Part shown: one piece after another, positions 61,473 through 64,000 of the stretch | Layout: each line of letters begins with the position of its first letter | How positions within the stretch are numbered: the stretch's first letter is position 1 | Assembly (NCBI GenBank): GCA_963663805.2 | Contig: CAXXMR010000020.1 | Location: 96,001 to 160,000, forward strand | DNA from: Sedimentisphaerales bacterium | GTDB taxonomy: Bacteria; Planctomycetota; Phycisphaerae; Sedimentisphaerales; SM23-30 | Length of the DNA: 64,000 nucleotides | Reading direction: 5' to 3' | The notes under the pieces: generated by a model | Told to the model about the DNA's origin: nothing | Databases searched by the model: none | What the model saw: only the letters and a program-made list of their open reading frames with translations | Position numbers and translations under genes: made by a program

Positions 61473-62897
61473 TTATTTATTCTGGAGGTAGTTGTCGATG
61501 TTGTGGGCGGCGTTTTTGCCGTCTCCCATAGCGAGGATGACGGTGGCGGCGCCGCGGACGATGTCGCCGCCGGCGAAGACGCCGGGCATGGAGGTCATGG
61601 CATTATCGTCGGCTTCGATGTATCCCCATTTGTTGACCTTGATATCCGGGGTGGCCTGGGTCAGCAGGGGGTTGGCGTTGATGCCGATAGCGACGACGAC
61701 GAGGTCGCAGTCGATGACAAATTCTGAACCTTCGATGGGGATGGGACGGCGTCGGCCTGAAGCGTCGGGTTCGCCCAGCTCCATTCTGACACATCTGAGG
61801 CCTGAGACCCAGCCGTCTGAGGTGCTGAGTATCTCGGTAGGGGCGGTGAGCATCTCGAAGCGGATGCCTTCCTGCTCGGCGTGGTGAGCTTCTTCGACAC
61901 GGGCGGGCATTTGTTCTTGAGCCCGGCGATAAGCGAGTATGCTTTCGTCGGCACCGAGACGCTTACTGGTTCGGACAGCGTCCATAGCGGTGTTGCCGCC
62001 GCCTACGACCACGACGCGTTTGCCTTTGACGACGGGGGTGTCGGCGTAGGGTTTGTAGGCTTCCATGAGGTTGATGCGGGTGAGGTATTCGTTGGCGGAA
62101 TATACGCCTTTGAGGTTTTCGCCGGGGATACGCATGAACGAAGGCAGGCCGGCACCGTTGGCGATGAATACCGCCTCGAAACCTTCCAGCTCCATGAGAT
62201 CTTTGATGGTTACGGTTCTGCCGACGATAACGTTAGTTTCTATTTTGACACCGAGGGCCTGGAGGTTTTCCATCTCGCGGGAGACGATGTTGTTGGGCAG
62301 GCGAAATTCGGGAATGCCGTAGATTAATACCCCGCCGGGTTTGTGGAAGGCTTCGAAGATGGTTACGTCATAGCCCATTTTGGCAAGTTCGCCGGCACAG
62401 GAAACACCGGCGGGGCCGGAACCGACGCACGCGACCTTTTTATTTTTCTTTTCGACGGTGACAGCGTCAACGCCTTTTTTGTGCTGCATTTCGTAGTCGG
62501 CTACGAAGCGTTCGAGGTAACCGATAGCGACGGGGGTGCTTTTCTTGCAGCGGATGCAGAGTGCTTCGCACTGGGTTTCCTGGGGGCAGACGCGGCCGGT
62601 GACGGCGGGCAGGTTGTTATCTTTACGCAGAATGGCCGCGGCGGCGAGGAAATCACCTTCGGTTATTTTGCTGATGAAGGCGGGGATGTCGATGCCGACG
62701 GGACAGCCTTCGACGCATTTAGCGTTTTTGCACTGAAGACAGCGTTGTGCTTCCAATATGGCAAGCTGTTCGGGCAGGCCGAGGTTTACTTCCTTGAAGT
62801 CGCGGGCACGTTCCTGAGCGTCGCGTTCGGGCATCTGCTGGCGTTCGAGCTCCATGCGTTGTTTGGCTGTGAGTTTCATTCCACGAAGGTCGGTCAT
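61473..62897 (-). CDS. nfnB: Electron-bifurcating transhydrogenase large subunit (NfnB/SudA, GltD-like)
   Basis: RCLQC...C..GCPV, GRVCPQE.QCE, GSGPAG, GGGNTAMD, GGDIV.GAATVI. Confidence 0.88.
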   Translation of the reverse strand: MTDLRGMKLTAKQRMELERQQMPERDAQERARDFKEVNLGLPEQLAILEAQRCLQCKNAKCVEGCPVGIDIPAFISKITEGDFLAAAAILRKDNNLPAVTGRVCPQETQCEALCIRCKKSTPVAIGYLERFVADYEMQHKKGVDAVTVEKKNKKVACVGSGPAGVSCAGELAKMGYDVTIFEAFHKPGGVLIYGIPEFRLPNNIVSREMENLQALGVKIETNVIVGRTVTIKDLMELEGFEAVFIANGAGLPSFMRIPGENLKGVYSANEYLTRINLMEAYKPYADTPVVKGKRVVVVGGGNTAMDAVRTSKRLGADESILAYRRAQEQMPARVEEAHHAEQEGIRFEMLTAPTEILSTSDGWVSGLRCVRMELGEPDASGRRRPIPIEGSEFVIDCDLVVVAIGINANPLLTQATPDIKVNKWGYIEADDNAMTSMPGVFAGGDIVRGAATVILAMGDGKNAAHNIDNYLQNK

Positions 62898-62951
62898 AAA
62901 TCTTTCCTCATATCCGCAAAAGGTCAATATGTTTTTTTATGTCCCCGTTTT

Positions 62952-63797
62952 TTAGTGCTTGCACTTGCACTGATGATTCTGGAAATTATCGAGCGAATCT
63001 TTCTCTTGCTTTTTGTAGGTGCTCAGTCGGTCGATGAGTTCGTCGTAATCGACCAGATGTCCGTCGAATTCAGGACCGTCAACGCAGGCGAATTTGGTTT
63101 TGTCGCCCACGGTTACGCGACATCCGCCGCACATGCCCGTGCCGTCAACCATGATGGGATTCAGACTGACAATGGTGGGGATTTTATGGGGTCGGGTGGT
63201 TTCGGCGACGAATTTCATCATGATAACGGGTCCGGCACAGTAAACGGCACCGATTTCGATTTCGGGGTCGTCGATGAGCTGCTGGAGAGCGTTGGTGACC
63301 AGGCCTTTCATACCGGCCGAACCGTCGTCGGTGGTGACGATTAGCTTGTCGGACTGGGCCCCGAGGATGTCTTCCATGATGACCAGGTCTTTGGTGCGGG
63401 CACCGATGATGCTGATGATTTTGTTGCCTAGTTGACGAAGGGCCACGGCCTGGGGATAGACTACGGCAGTGCCGAGTCCGCCGCCGATGACAACTACGGT
63501 GCCGAATTTTTCGATGTGGCTGGGCATGCCCATCGGACCGGCGACATCCTGAAAATACTGACCTTTTTCGATGGTGGTCATCAGGCTGGTACTCTTGCCG
63601 ACCGTCTGGACGATGAGGGTGATAGTGCCTTTTTCGGGGTTGGTGTCAGCGACGGTCAGGGGGATACGCTCTGAGGTGTCGGTGGCCCGGACCATGACGA
63701 ACTGGCCGCACTTGCGGGCCTTGGCAATGCGGGGAGCCTCGATTTCGTACTTGGTCAGATTGGGCCCGATGGTCTGCTTATTAACAATTTTGAACAT
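62952..63797 (-). CDS. nfnA: Transhydrogenase small subunit (NfnA/SudB)
   Basis: ERIPLT, GGG.G.A, MVDGTGMCG.CRV, CVDGPEF. Confidence 0.9.
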   Translation of the reverse strand: MFKIVNKQTIGPNLTKYEIEAPRIAKARKCGQFVMVRATDTSERIPLTVADTNPEKGTITLIVQTVGKSTSLMTTIEKGQYFQDVAGPMGMPSHIEKFGTVVVIGGGLGTAVVYPQAVALRQLGNKIISIIGARTKDLVIMEDILGAQSDKLIVTTDDGSAGMKGLVTNALQQLIDDPEIEIGAVYCAGPVIMMKFVAETTRPHKIPTIVSLNPIMVDGTGMCGGCRVTVGDKTKFACVDGPEFDGHLVDYDELIDRLSTYKKQEKDSLDNFQNHQCKCKH

Positions 63798-64000
63798 TCA
63801 AACATCTCCGCAAAAAAACTTATCTTCAGGCCCATAAAGGCCTTATGTACCTATAATCCAAACCTTTAATGGTAGCTCAATGAGAGGTTTGGGTCAAGAT
63901 GTTTTGGGGGTGTTTTTTTGTGGTTTGAAGGGGAAGTGCTTTAGATGGAATGGTTTAATTTTGATTTTTGGTCAATATTATTCTCGTTTTTTTCGCAGGT

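Noticed and set aside
61473..62897. Glutamate synthase small subunit gltD
   Set aside because: No gltB is adjacent, and pairing with an NfnA/SudB gene indicates NfnAB

Overview
Bacterial chromosomal window, probably from a Planctomycetota (Phycisphaerae/Sedimentisphaerales-like) genome; this is inferred from DUF1559 prepilin-like, PEP-CTERM, dockerin-like and Flg_new_2 repeat proteins and an aroD-aroE fusion. Bases ~0.55-14.7 kb hold an array of orphan Rhs toxin/immunity cassettes with no full-length rhs gene in the window. The cassettes are punctuated by a conserved spacer that carries an rrn-type boxA-like motif (7 copies) and often a 28-bp repeat. Two IS1111-type (IS110 family) recombinase elements sit in inverted variants of that repeat, and their 3' non-coding ends contain a 10-nt match to the target flank, as expected for a bridge/seek RNA. 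Both elements are followed by captured toxin/immunity fragments. Further on lie housekeeping genes (fetAB-like ABC pair, aroDE, MarC), large secreted proteins (C25 peptidase, B-repeat proteins), a nested group IIC intron remnant > IS21 > IS701 structure, asnB and a sugar transferase, a sialidase, an intact IS4, a planctomycete glycan-utilisation locus and nfnAB. All family calls come from motif recognition by eye; no database searches were run.
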